Assembly: GCA_001800675.1 (NCBI GenBank)
Contig: MGVW01000035.1
Coordinates: 6,731-70,730 of the forward strand
DNA from: Euryarchaeota archaeon RBG_13_57_23
GTDB taxonomy: Archaea > Thermoplasmatota > Thermoplasmata > UBA10834
Length of the DNA: 64,000 nucleotides
Reading direction: 5' to 3'
Both the position numbers and the translations under genes were made by a program. Shown here piece after piece: positions 50,827 to 60,500 of the stretch. Below the pieces are notes generated by a model. The model did not search any database. It had not been told where the DNA came from and worked only from the letters and a program-made list of their open reading frames with translations. The first letter of the stretch is position 1. Every line of letters starts with the position of its first letter.

Positions 50827-51932
50827 TGCGCTTTGCCCTCGCCAGTGACCAGCCAGCACGTGACCCAGTGCTCCTGGGAAACGTACATCGGCTCCGGCTC
50901 CTCGACCCTGCACTTGTCCATGGCATACGGGCATCTCGGGTGGAACCTGCATCCCGGCGGGATGTGCGCAGGATCTGGCCGCTCGCCCTTCAGGATGATC
51001 TTTTCGGTCTTCATCCTCGGGTCAGGCTTCGGGACGACCGATATGAGCGCTTTCGTGTACGGGTGTCTCGGACCCTTGATGACCTCTTCCGTCGGGCCCA
51101 GCTCGACTATCTTGCCCAGGTACATGATGCCTATCCTGTCGCTGAAGACATATGCGACGGACAGGTCGTGCGTGATGAACAGGTATGTCAGTCCTCTCTT
51201 CTCCCTGAGGTCTAGCATGAGCTTCAGGATCTCGGACCTGATGGACACATCGAGCATGGACACGGGTTCGTCAGCGACCAGGAACTGCGGCTGCAAAACC
51301 AGTGCGCCCGCAATGCCCACTCTCTGCCTTTGGCCACCGGACACCTCGTGAGGATACCTCCACATGAAGTGCTTGGGAGGCCTCAGGCCTGCATCATCCA
51401 GAGCCTTTTCGACGCGCGTCTCGCGGTCCGCTTCATTCTGACCGAGGTTGTTCACGACCAGAGGCTCAGCGACTATATCGTAGATGGATTGTTTCGGGTT
51501 GAGGGACTCATACGGGTCCTGGAAGATCATCTGCATCTTCTGTCTCAGGAGTTTCATCTTGTCCTTCGGCAGCCTCGTGACTTCGACGCAGCCGCCAGAC
51601 AGGCATTCCTCGGCCTCCTTCTTTGTCATCAACTTCTTGGAGACCGCCTTCTCCATGGCGTCCTTGACCTGCTGTGTCGTGAGGCCCTCGCCACCGTACT
51701 GGACCTTTCCGCCGGTCGGTTCTACGAGCCTCAAGATGGCTTTGCCAGTAGTGGTCTTGCCACAGCCTGACTCGCCCACTAGGCAGAATATCTCTCTCTC
51801 CTTGATGTTGAACGACACTCCGTCAACGGCCTTGACCCATCTCTGCTCCTTGGATGTCAGGCTCTCGACGAATCCACGTCTGACCGGGAACCATACCTGG
51901 AGGTTATCCACATTGATGATTTCCTTGCTCAT
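50823..51932 (-). CDS. oppF: Oligopeptide/dipeptide ABC transporter ATP-binding protein (OppF type)
   Basis: [18 protein letters not shown] and a C-terminal Cys motif [17 protein letters not shown]. It carries a ~35-aa insertion after the P-loop region. Confidence 0.85.
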   Translation of the reverse strand: MSKEIINVDNLQVWFPVRRGFVESLTSKEQRWVKAVDGVSFNIKEREIFCLVGESGCGKTTTGKAILRLVEPTGGKVQYGGEGLTTQQVKDAMEKAVSKKLMTKKEAEECLSGGCVEVTRLPKDKMKLLRQKMQMIFQDPYESLNPKQSIYDIVAEPLVVNNLGQNEADRETRVEKALDDAGLRPPKHFMWRYPHEVSGGQRQRVGIAGALVLQPQFLVADEPVSMLDVSIRSEILKLMLDLREKRGLTYLFITHDLSVAYVFSDRIGIMYLGKIVELGPTEEVIKGPRHPYTKALISVVPKPDPRMKTEKIILKGERPDPAHIPPGCRFHPRCPYAMDKCRVEEPEPMYVSQEHWVTCWLVTGEGKAQ

Positions 51933-51935
51933 TGC

Positions 51936-52901
51936 TCACACCCCCTTCGGGTTGACGAAATGACATGCAGCGAAGTGGCCTGGCAGAACCTCAATCAGTG
52001 ATGGCTCCTCCTGCTTGCACAGGTCCTGGGCCACGTGGCATCTGTCCGAGAACCTGCATCCTGGCGGAGGCTTGATCAGGTTCGGTGGGTTGCCCGAGAT
52101 TGACGCGGGCATTATCCTCTCCCCCTTGATGTTGGGGAAGGCCGCGATCAGCCCCTTTGTGTAAGGGTGCTGCGGGTTCGAGAAAACCTCGACCGCGGAT
52201 GACCTCTCCACTATCTTGCCGGCGTACATGATGGACAGCAGCTCGCAGGTCTCCGCGAGCACGGATAAGTCGTGAGAGATGATTATCATGGCCAGCTCGA
52301 GCTCCTGCTGAAGGTTCTTCAGCAGGGTCAGTATCTGCGCCTGGATCATGACATCCAGTGCGGTCGTGGGTTCGTCGCAGATGACCAGTTTCGGTCTGCA
52401 TGCGAGTGCCATCGCGATCATGACCCTCTGTCTCATGCCTCCCGAGAACTCGTGCGGATACTCCCTGATCCTGCTCGGGTTGATGCCGACGAGCTCGAAG
52501 AGCTCCTTGACGCGCTTCTCGGCGGTGGCCTCATCGACCTTCTCGTGGAGGAGTATGGGTTCCGTGATCTGGTCTCCGACCCTCTTGACGGGGTTCAGAG
52601 CGTTCATCGCGCCTTGGAATATGATCGAGATGTCTCTCCACCTTATGGCCCTCAGCTTATCGCCGGTGACCTTGGCCATGTCCTGGCCCATGAAGTTGAT
52701 TGAGCCCCCCGCGATGTAACCGTTCGCGGGCAGAAGCTTCATGATTGAAAGCGCGGCGGTGGTCTTTCCGCAACCGGATTCTCCGGCAAGCCCCATCGCC
52801 TGTCCTTTTTCCAGGTTGAAGCTGATCCCGTCGACTGCCTTCAGCGTTCCCTCTTGGGTCTTGAAGTATGTCTTCAAATCACTAACTTCGAGTAAGCTCA
52901 T
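51936..52901 (-). CDS. oppD: Oligopeptide/dipeptide ABC transporter ATP-binding protein (OppD type)
   Basis: [18 protein letters not shown] and [17 protein letters not shown]. The ATG at 52901 follows AAGGGGGAACGAAGGG; the ORF-track TTG at 52922 is the alternative. Confidence 0.85.
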   Translation of the reverse strand: MSLLEVSDLKTYFKTQEGTLKAVDGISFNLEKGQAMGLAGESGCGKTTAALSIMKLLPANGYIAGGSINFMGQDMAKVTGDKLRAIRWRDISIIFQGAMNALNPVKRVGDQITEPILLHEKVDEATAEKRVKELFELVGINPSRIREYPHEFSGGMRQRVMIAMALACRPKLVICDEPTTALDVMIQAQILTLLKNLQQELELAMIIISHDLSVLAETCELLSIMYAGKIVERSSAVEVFSNPQHPYTKGLIAAFPNIKGERIMPASISGNPPNLIKPPPGCRFSDRCHVAQDLCKQEEPSLIEVLPGHFAACHFVNPKGV

Positions 52902-53070
52902 CCCTTCGTTCCCCCTTAACAATATGAGTTGTCGGTCGCCTCATTCTTTGAAGCTGTTAGGAGATGTAACAATCGTCTTCCCGCAGCTCTCTGGACCTTC
53001 GGTGAACCTGATAATGCTATAAATGCGTTTGGGGGCGACAGCAAACGGCTGTTGCGAGCCCCGGAGGCTG

Positions 53071-53979
53071 TTACTCGCGCAATCTGACCAAATGTTCTGC
53101 GAACTCCTGGGCGATATGTGACTCGGAGAAGATGGATCTGGCCTCCTTCTCGAGGATGCTTGTATCGTCGTACCTGGGGCTGATGTGGACCAAGAAGAGA
53201 ATCCCAACTCCGGCATCCTTGGCCACCTGAGCAGCCTCGGCGGCTGTCGAGTGTCCGAAGTCAGACGCCAGCTTCGAGTGTGACGAGTCGAGCGTGCAGT
53301 CGTGTATCAGGACGTCGGCCCCTTTGGCCATCGCAGTAATCGCTTTGCTCGGTTTCGTGTCTCCGCTGTACACGACCTTTCGTCCGGGTCTAGGAGGGCC
53401 AAGCACCTGGTCAGGGTCGATCTTCCGGCCTCCCAGTGAGACCGTCCTTCCCTCCTGGAGCTTCCTGAACAGCGGCCCTTCCGGGATCCCCAAGCGCGCA
53501 GCCTTCTTCACATCGAACTTCCCCGGCCTTGGATCCTCCTCAAGCGAGAACGCCAACGAAGGAACGCTGTGAGACGCCTGAAGGCTCCTGACCTTGTACC
53601 CGGGGAAGTGCAGGTCCGTCCCGGCCCTGAGGTCTTTGGTCTTGACCTCAAACCCGCACTTGAAGTATCCGAGTTTCAGCATCGAATTCACGTTGGACTT
53701 CGTCTCCCGAGGCCCGAATATGAATAAAGGCTCCTCCCGACCGTTCAGGCTCATACTCTGGATGAGTCCTGGCAGGCCGAGGAAGTGGTCTGCGTGAAGG
53801 TGCGAGATGAATATCTTCGATATCTTCATGAACGAAATCGGGGAGTGCATCAGTTGTCTCTGGGTGCCTTCACCGCAGTCGAACATCAGGACTTCGCCAG
53901 GCATCTGAATCGCAATCGATGTGACGTTCCTGAGCTTGGACGGATAGGTCCCGCCGGTGCCGAGGAACACGAGCTTCAT
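53071..53979 (-). CDS. rnz: Ribonuclease Z (tRNA 3' endonuclease)
   Basis: 302 aa metallo-beta-lactamase fold with SHLHADHFLGLPG. Confidence 0.9.
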   Translation of the reverse strand: MKLVFLGTGGTYPSKLRNVTSIAIQMPGEVLMFDCGEGTQRQLMHSPISFMKISKIFISHLHADHFLGLPGLIQSMSLNGREEPLFIFGPRETKSNVNSMLKLGYFKCGFEVKTKDLRAGTDLHFPGYKVRSLQASHSVPSLAFSLEEDPRPGKFDVKKAARLGIPEGPLFRKLQEGRTVSLGGRKIDPDQVLGPPRPGRKVVYSGDTKPSKAITAMAKGADVLIHDCTLDSSHSKLASDFGHSTAAEAAQVAKDAGVGILFLVHISPRYDDTSILEKEARSIFSESHIAQEFAEHLVRLRE

Positions 53980-55103
53980 GTCGTCCCCCTCGAGCGCACT
54001 CTCAGCCGATAAAACTCTCCCGACTGCTTGAGATCATACAGGAATATGAGAAACGCCACGAGCGACATGGCTGTAGCGATCCAGATGGTGCCTTTGAAGC
54101 CGAGTACTGTCGCCGCGATTCCCCCTAAGATGGGGCCTGTGATGCCCGAGATGCTCATGGTCGATGACAGTATCCCGGATACCGTTGCCTTCTCCGCATT
54201 CCTGTCCATCACATACCGGAGGCAGCCCACGTACATGCACGCCCACGCGAACGCCAGTATAACCTGCGATGGGATGATCTGCCAGTAGCTTCCTGCAAGC
54301 GTGAACGTGAAGAACGTGACCGCGGAGCTCCCCAAACCGATCGCCACGAGCAGGGAGGGATCCGGCCTATCGAGGAAGAGCATGAAGAACACCTGGCCGA
54401 AGGCGTTCACAGAGTAGATGATTCCTATCCATATGGGAGGCGCTCCAAGAGCTGCAAGGAACAGGGGGTACGTGACCCAGATCATGTTCGCGCCCGTGTG
54501 CCTGATGAGCATCGCGAGATAGATGGGCGCGTTCTTCTTGATGAGTGCCGCCGGGAAGAAAGGCACGTCTAGCTTGATTTCCTTCCCGAATGGCAGGGTC
54601 AGCGCGATGGCGTAGGACGCGAAGATGACAAATGCACAGAACAAGTACCCTTCCTGGTACAACAGACGATCTCCGAAGACCCCCAATACAAGGTTCCCTA
54701 TCCCCCAGCCAGCCGATCCGAAGGCGCTGAACCTACCAATCTTACCTCTGGCGTCATGGACATACGCCATGAGGGCCGCGGGGAACATGCCCGCGCAGAA
54801 CCCAATCAGCACTCTCACTGCCACGAACAGCTCCAAGCCGCCATATCTCAGTGAGACCGCCTGGAGGACCGTCGCAAGACCTGACAGGAACAGCCCCGTC
54901 AACAGGACGAAGCGCCTGCCATAGACGTCCGAAGCCCGGCCAAAGAGGTAACTGGAGGCGAAGCCCGCAGCGGCGAATCCTCCTGCCACCAGCCCGATCA
55001 GGTCCTTGCTGGCCCCGAACTCGTCCTGTAATATGATTGGCACGAGCACTACCGGGCCGAACAGGCCTACGTTCGAGAGCAGCTGGATTGCCTGGGGCTT
55101 CAT
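53976..55103 (-). CDS. MFS transporter
   Basis: 375 aa with about 11-12 TM helices and the GRASDVYGRR loop motif. Its stop overlaps the rnz start (ATGA). Confidence 0.8.
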   Translation of the reverse strand: MKPQAIQLLSNVGLFGPVVLVPIILQDEFGASKDLIGLVAGGFAAAGFASSYLFGRASDVYGRRFVLLTGLFLSGLATVLQAVSLRYGGLELFVAVRVLIGFCAGMFPAALMAYVHDARGKIGRFSAFGSAGWGIGNLVLGVFGDRLLYQEGYLFCAFVIFASYAIALTLPFGKEIKLDVPFFPAALIKKNAPIYLAMLIRHTGANMIWVTYPLFLAALGAPPIWIGIIYSVNAFGQVFFMLFLDRPDPSLLVAIGLGSSAVTFFTFTLAGSYWQIIPSQVILAFAWACMYVGCLRYVMDRNAEKATVSGILSSTMSISGITGPILGGIAATVLGFKGTIWIATAMSLVAFLIFLYDLKQSGEFYRLRVRSRGTT

Positions 55104-55165
55104 TGGACGACGAATCTTACTGTGGTATATCCTAGTTTCGGCGGTGGCGGCTCAGGGTGTAGAGC

Positions 55166-55387
55166 TCATGGCAACCAGCCGAGGCGCTCTAGCGTGCGAT
55201 CCTTCTTCGTAGCCTTCTTGAACTCCTTGTAGTGCTCCTTGCACAGGTGCGCGCTCTGTGTCGGGTCTGCGATGCTCAGGCCTGCTTTTTCGACCTTCTT
55301 TCCAGAAATCGATCTCTCCGCATCCTTGGAGCAGCCCTCGACGTCGCACTTGTGAACTTGCTCGACAGCGTGTTTCGGCTCAGGCAT
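55166..55387 (-). CDS. Small basic putative zinc-binding protein
   Basis: 73 aa with CDVEGC...HLCKEHYKEFKK (a C-x4-C...H-x-C-x2-H arrangement) and a Lys-rich C-terminus. I recognise no family. Confidence 0.45.
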   Translation of the reverse strand: MPEPKHAVEQVHKCDVEGCSKDAERSISGKKVEKAGLSIADPTQSAHLCKEHYKEFKKATKKDRTLERLGWLP

Positions 55388-55474
55388 GATATGCGGATTC
55401 CGATGATGGTATTAAAACAGTTCGCACATGGCACACCAAAACCCATAATATCGTGCGAGTAGTTCGCCGATGAC

Positions 55475-56137
55475 ATGCCACTTGTGGCTCCTTCCATCTT
55501 GGCTGCGGATTTCGCGAACCTTGGCGAGGAAGTGCGGAAGGTCTCGGATGCGGGGGCGGACTTCATCCATGTCGATGTCATGGATGGCATCTTCGTCCCC
55601 AACATCACCGTTGGCCCGTCAATGGTGAAGGCGATCAGAGGGTTTTCAAAGCTGCCGTTCATCGTTCATCTGATGATCACTCATCCTGAGAATCATGTGA
55701 AGGCGTTCGCCGAGAGTGGGTCGGACATCATCGAAGTGCACATAGAGGCCGAGCAGGATCTCAGGTCGACCATCAGGTTGATACACGACCTTGGCAAGAA
55801 GGTGGGTCTTGCAGTCAACCCGCCCACGCCCATTGAGAGCGCCTTCCCATATCTGAAAGACATCGACATGCTCCTGGTCATGTCCGTCAACCCGGGTTTT
55901 GGAGGACAGACGTTCATCCCCGGTGTTCTCCCGAAGATCCCTAAGGCAAAGGAGGAGATGCGCAGGCAGGGATATGTGGTCCCGGTGGAGATCGACGGGG
56001 GGATAACCCCTGAGACAGGCGAGCCTTCTGCCAGAGCCGGTGCCGATATCCTCGCAGCTGGGACTTCAGTGTTCAAGGCCCCAGACGTCCGCGAGGCCAT
56101 CAGAAGGCTGAGAGAGTGCGGCGCTTCGAAGCTTTAA
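55475..56137 (+). CDS. rpe: Ribulose-phosphate 3-epimerase
   Basis: VAPSILAADFANLGEEV, HVDVMDG and MSVNPGFGGQ. Confidence 0.9.
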   Translation: MPLVAPSILAADFANLGEEVRKVSDAGADFIHVDVMDGIFVPNITVGPSMVKAIRGFSKLPFIVHLMITHPENHVKAFAESGSDIIEVHIEAEQDLRSTIRLIHDLGKKVGLAVNPPTPIESAFPYLKDIDMLLVMSVNPGFGGQTFIPGVLPKIPKAKEEMRRQGYVVPVEIDGGITPETGEPSARAGADILAAGTSVFKAPDVREAIRRLRECGASKL

Positions 56138-56170
56138 TAAGACCGAGCACTCTCAGGGGGACTGGTTGCG

Positions 56171-56359
56171 ATGGCAGATAAGATATCCGAGCATCCCATG
56201 CTTGCATACCTGGTATTCGTTGTGCCCATGGCCCTACTTGCCATAGCGATGCTCTTCAAGGCCAACGTCCTGGTGCTGATTGCCATCACCGCTTGGCTGG
56301 GAGTGGCTTTCGTCATCCTCTTCCTGCCGGTCGCTTCGGATAACGGCTCATCCCAGTAG
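56171..56359 (+). CDS. Hypothetical small membrane protein (2 TM helices)
   Basis: 62 aa with two hydrophobic helices, lying between rpe and fen on the same strand. Confidence 0.35.
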   Translation: MADKISEHPMLAYLVFVVPMALLAIAMLFKANVLVLIAITAWLGVAFVILFLPVASDNGSSQ

Positions 56360-56394
56360 CAAGATTGGTCCCTGAGAACGGGGGTCTGGGGAAA

Positions 56395-57414
56395 ATGGGG
56401 GTAGACATCTCCGATCTTGTGGAGGGCAAGAAGATCGCCCTCGAGGACCTGTCCGGCAGGTCCATCGCGATAGATGCGTTCAACACGTTGTATCAGTTTC
56501 TTTCTATGATACGTCAGCCAGATGGCACTCCTCTGATGGATCGGGACGGACGCGTGACCTCTCACCTGTCCGGACTGTTCTACAGGAGCGCTGCACTCCT
56601 GGAACTCGGCATCAGGCCAGCATTCGTGTTTGACGGCAAGCCCCCAGAGCTCAAGAAGAAGACGCTGGAGGAACGAAGGGCCGTCAAGGAAACCGCGGAG
56701 CGGGAGTGGAAGAAGGCAATCGAAGAGGGTGACCTCAAGAAAGCGCTATCAAAGGCCAGCAGGACCTCGAGACTGGACTCAGCTATGATCGAGGAATCCC
56801 TGTCTCTCTTGGATGCGCTTGGAATCCCCTGGATCAGGGCTCCGAGCGAGGGAGAGGCTCAGATGGCGCACATGGTCAGGAAGGGGGATGTGTGGGCAGG
56901 TGCCTCGCAGGATTTCGACGCCATCCTCTTCGGCACGCCGAACCTGGTCAGAAACCTGACGTTGTCGGGCAAGCGGAGGCTGCCTTCCGGCAAGACAGTT
57001 GAAGTCAATCCCGTGATGGTGACCCTTGCCGAGGTGCTCTCGGCCCTCGGAGTCTCCAGAGAGCAACTGGTCGACATGGCGGTCCTGATGGGGACGGACT
57101 TTAACGAAGGGATCAAAGGGATCGGGCCGAAGAAGGCGCTGGCCATCATCAAGAAGGCAGGAAACCTGGAGCGTGTGGTGTCGGAGGGCAAGTTCAGTGT
57201 GCCCAAGGAGTACGGCGACATCAGGAGGCTCTTCCTGGAACCCGAAGTGACCGACGACTACCGGCTCCTGTGGGGAATCGTAGACGACGAGGGGGTCCGC
57301 AAGATCATGTGCGACAAGCACGGATTCTCCGTCGATCGCATCGATTCCATCCTCGCAAAGATATCGGTCACGGGAAGCGCGAAGTCCCAGAAAAGCCTCG
57401 ATTCTTGGTCGTGA
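56395..57414 (+). CDS. fen: Flap endonuclease 1
   Basis: MGVDISDLV...IAIDAFNTLYQFL, SEGEAQMAHM and GTDFNEGIKGIGPKKA (H3TH). The internal ATG is at 56395. Confidence 0.9.
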   Translation: MGVDISDLVEGKKIALEDLSGRSIAIDAFNTLYQFLSMIRQPDGTPLMDRDGRVTSHLSGLFYRSAALLELGIRPAFVFDGKPPELKKKTLEERRAVKETAEREWKKAIEEGDLKKALSKASRTSRLDSAMIEESLSLLDALGIPWIRAPSEGEAQMAHMVRKGDVWAGASQDFDAILFGTPNLVRNLTLSGKRRLPSGKTVEVNPVMVTLAEVLSALGVSREQLVDMAVLMGTDFNEGIKGIGPKKALAIIKKAGNLERVVSEGKFSVPKEYGDIRRLFLEPEVTDDYRLLWGIVDDEGVRKIMCDKHGFSVDRIDSILAKISVTGSAKSQKSLDSWS

Positions 57415-57480
57415 GCCAGACCCGCTAGGAAGGCCTGGCCAGATATTTCCCAGCAGGACTGAGTTTGATTCCGAGCACAA

Positions 57481-57493
57481 TATATTTAAAATA
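57481..57493 (+). promoter_or_regulatory. TATA box upstream of ileS
   Basis: TATATTTAAAATA, about 36-48 nt upstream of the ATG at 57529, implying a very short leader. Confidence 0.5.
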
Positions 57494-57528
57494 CTCGCCA
57501 TCAATATGGCCTGTGCGAAGGATTGGTC

Positions 57529-60500
57529 ATGCGCCAAGTAGACGAGAATTACTCCCCCGTCCAGTTGGAAAAAGACGTAAGGGCGCAGTGGGACAAGGCC
57601 CGCACTTATGAGAAGGTCAAGAAGGCCCTCGAGTCGGGTAAGACATACTACTTCGTCGACGGCCCCCCCTACACCACGGGCTCGATCCATGTGGGCACTG
57701 CTTGGAACAAGATCCTGAAAGACACGATGGTGAGGTACAGGCGCATGCAGGGCCTCCAGGTGAGGGACCAACCCGGGTTCGACATGCACGGGCTCCCCAT
57801 CGAGGTCCGGGTCGAGCAATCCATGGGCATCAAGAGCAAGAAGGAGATCGAAGCCCAGGGGATCGACAAATTCATCAGCACCTGCAGAGACTATGCGATA
57901 CGCTTCAAAGCCAAGATGACCGAGGAATTCAAGATGCTCGGGGTCTGGCTCGACTGGGACAAGCCCTATCTAACTGTAGATCCCAACTATATCGCCTCGG
58001 TCTGGTGGACTCTCAAGCAGGCCTACGACAAGCAGCTTCTGACGATGGATTTCAGGGTTCTACCCTGGTGTCCTCGATGTGAAACCGCCCTTGCGGAAGC
58101 GGAGATCGAGTACTGGGACGAGACTGACCCGTCCATCTACGTCAAGTTCCCCGTTGAGGGGGAAGTCAACACATACTTGCTGGTCTGGACGACCACACCT
58201 TGGACCATCCCTGGAAACCTCGCGGCTGCCGTTCACCCTGAATTCATGTATGCGTTCGTTCGCGTGAAGCGTGGCATGCTGGAGGAGACTCTCATCGTCC
58301 TCGAAGAGAAGCTGGAGGAGCTCAAGAAGATTGCGGGGATCGAGGAGATGACGGTCCTCGACCGGACCAAGGGCTCCGAGTTGGTCGGGGTCGTGTACAA
58401 GCATCCACTAACGGACCTGGTGCCGTATCAGAGTCAGGTCAAGGGGGATGCGGCCCACGCTGTCCTCTCATCCGAGACGGTAACGAACGAGAGCACGGGC
58501 ATCGTTCACATCGCCCCGGGTCACGGTCCTGAGGACTTCGAGCTGGGCAAGGAGTACGGCCTGGAACCGTTCTCCCCCGTGGACGAGACCGGCTCCTACA
58601 CCGAGGACGCGGGGAAGCACTACGCCGGCAAGAACGTCCGAGAGGCCAACTCCATGGTCATAAGCGACCTCGTCGAACGGGGCGCGATGTTCCATCAGGC
58701 CAACATCACTCACAGATACGGTCACTGCTGGAGATGTCATCAGCCAATCATCTACCGCATCACCGACCAGTGGTTTCTCAAGGTCAGCGAGATCAAGGAG
58801 CAGCTCAACGCAGCCAACGCCCAGGTCAAATGGTACCCCGAATGGGCAGGAGCCAGCAGAGAGCGCGATTGGATCGCGAACGCGAGGGACTGGTGTATCA
58901 GCAGGCAGAGGTACTGGGGCACCCCTCTTCCGATATGGAACTGCGAGTGCGGCAATTTCAGGCTCGTATCTTCTCTAGAAGAGCTCAAGACCGCCAAGGG
59001 ATACGTCGAGGGCATGGACTTGCACAGGCCCTGGATCGACAAGCTGTCTTTCACTTGCGAGAAGTGCGGCAAGACAATGACCAGAGTGCCCGACGTGCTC
59101 GATGTCTGGTTCGATGCGGGCGTGTGTTCATGGGCCTCACTAGGCTACCCCGCGAGCAAGGAGGAGTTCCAGAAGTGGTGGCCCTGCCAGTGGATCACGG
59201 AGGCCCACGATCAGACGCGAGGATGGTTCTACTCGCAGCTCGTGACCGGTGTCGTTGCCTTTGGCAGGTCTCCGTACGACTCCGTGCTCATGCACGGTTG
59301 GGCGCTAACGCCACAGGGGACGCCCATGTCCAAGAGCGAGGGCACGGCCATCGATCCGATTCACATAGTGAACACCCTTGGCGCGGATTCGCTTAGACTA
59401 TACCTTCTGAAATCGAACGCGCCATGGGAGGATGTCCCGTTCCAGCCAGAAGGCGTGAAGGCTGCGAACCGGACATTGAACATCCTGTGGAACGTCTACA
59501 AGTTCGCAACGCTATACATGTCAATAGACAAGTTCGACCCCGCAACAGTTCACCTCGAGCACATCGCGGAATCTCTGAGGCCAGAGGACAGATGGATGCT
59601 CTCGAGGACCGAGACCCTGAAGAAGGAGGTCTCGGAGGCCATCGAGTCTTACGAGCTGCACAGGGCTGCAAGGGCAATCGAAGTCTTCGTCAACGAGGAC
59701 CTCTCCCGATGGTATGTGAAGCTCGTAAGGGACCGGCTGTGGAAAGAGGGCGATGATCGCGATAAGACTGCCGCGTTCAAGGTCCTCCACGAGGCACTGA
59801 GCACTGCAGTAGCCGTTATGGCGCCTATGACGCCGCATATCACCGAGGCAATGCACGCTAACCTCAACGGGAAGCCGGAGAGCGTGCACATGCTCTCCTG
59901 GCCAGGCTTCGACCCGAGATGGATAGACACGAAGTTGGAGGAGGGCATGCTCATGGTGCGTGAGATCTCCGAGCTCATCGCGCGTATCAGGCAGGACTCC
60001 AACATCAACCTCAGGTGGCCCCTGAAGCGCATAGTCATAAAAGCGCAGACGCAGGAGGTTGCCGACTCGATCACGGTTCTCAAGGATGCGCTCCTGTCGC
60101 AGAACAACATTAAGGAACTGCACATCGTGCCCATGGGCGAGGAATGGGACGAGATGATACTCGGCGTCGTCCCCAACCCGAACGCAATTGGCAAGGTCTA
60201 CAGGCAGTGGTCGAGCAAGATAGCGGTCATGCTCAAGAACCGGCCCGCAAGGACCATCAAGGCTGGTATAGACAAGGGCGAGTACTCGTTGGGCATCGAA
60301 GGTCAATTGGTCAAGATACTTCCGAACATGGTTTCGTTCACATCGACGGTGCCCCCGGAGGTCATGGGGGCGCAGTTCGCCAAGGGAGAGGTCTACATAG
60401 ACCTCGAGCAGACCCCCGCCTTGGAAGCCGAAGGGTTCTCGAGGGAGATGATCAGGCGCATACAGCAGATGAGAAAGGATATGAAGCTCAACGTCGAGGA

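Noticed and set aside
56779-57819. A 346-aa minus-strand ORF spanning fen, the intergenic region and the start of ileS
   Set aside because: It is antisense to two unambiguous genes and crosses a promoter region. Its composition is typical of a GC-rich shadow frame.
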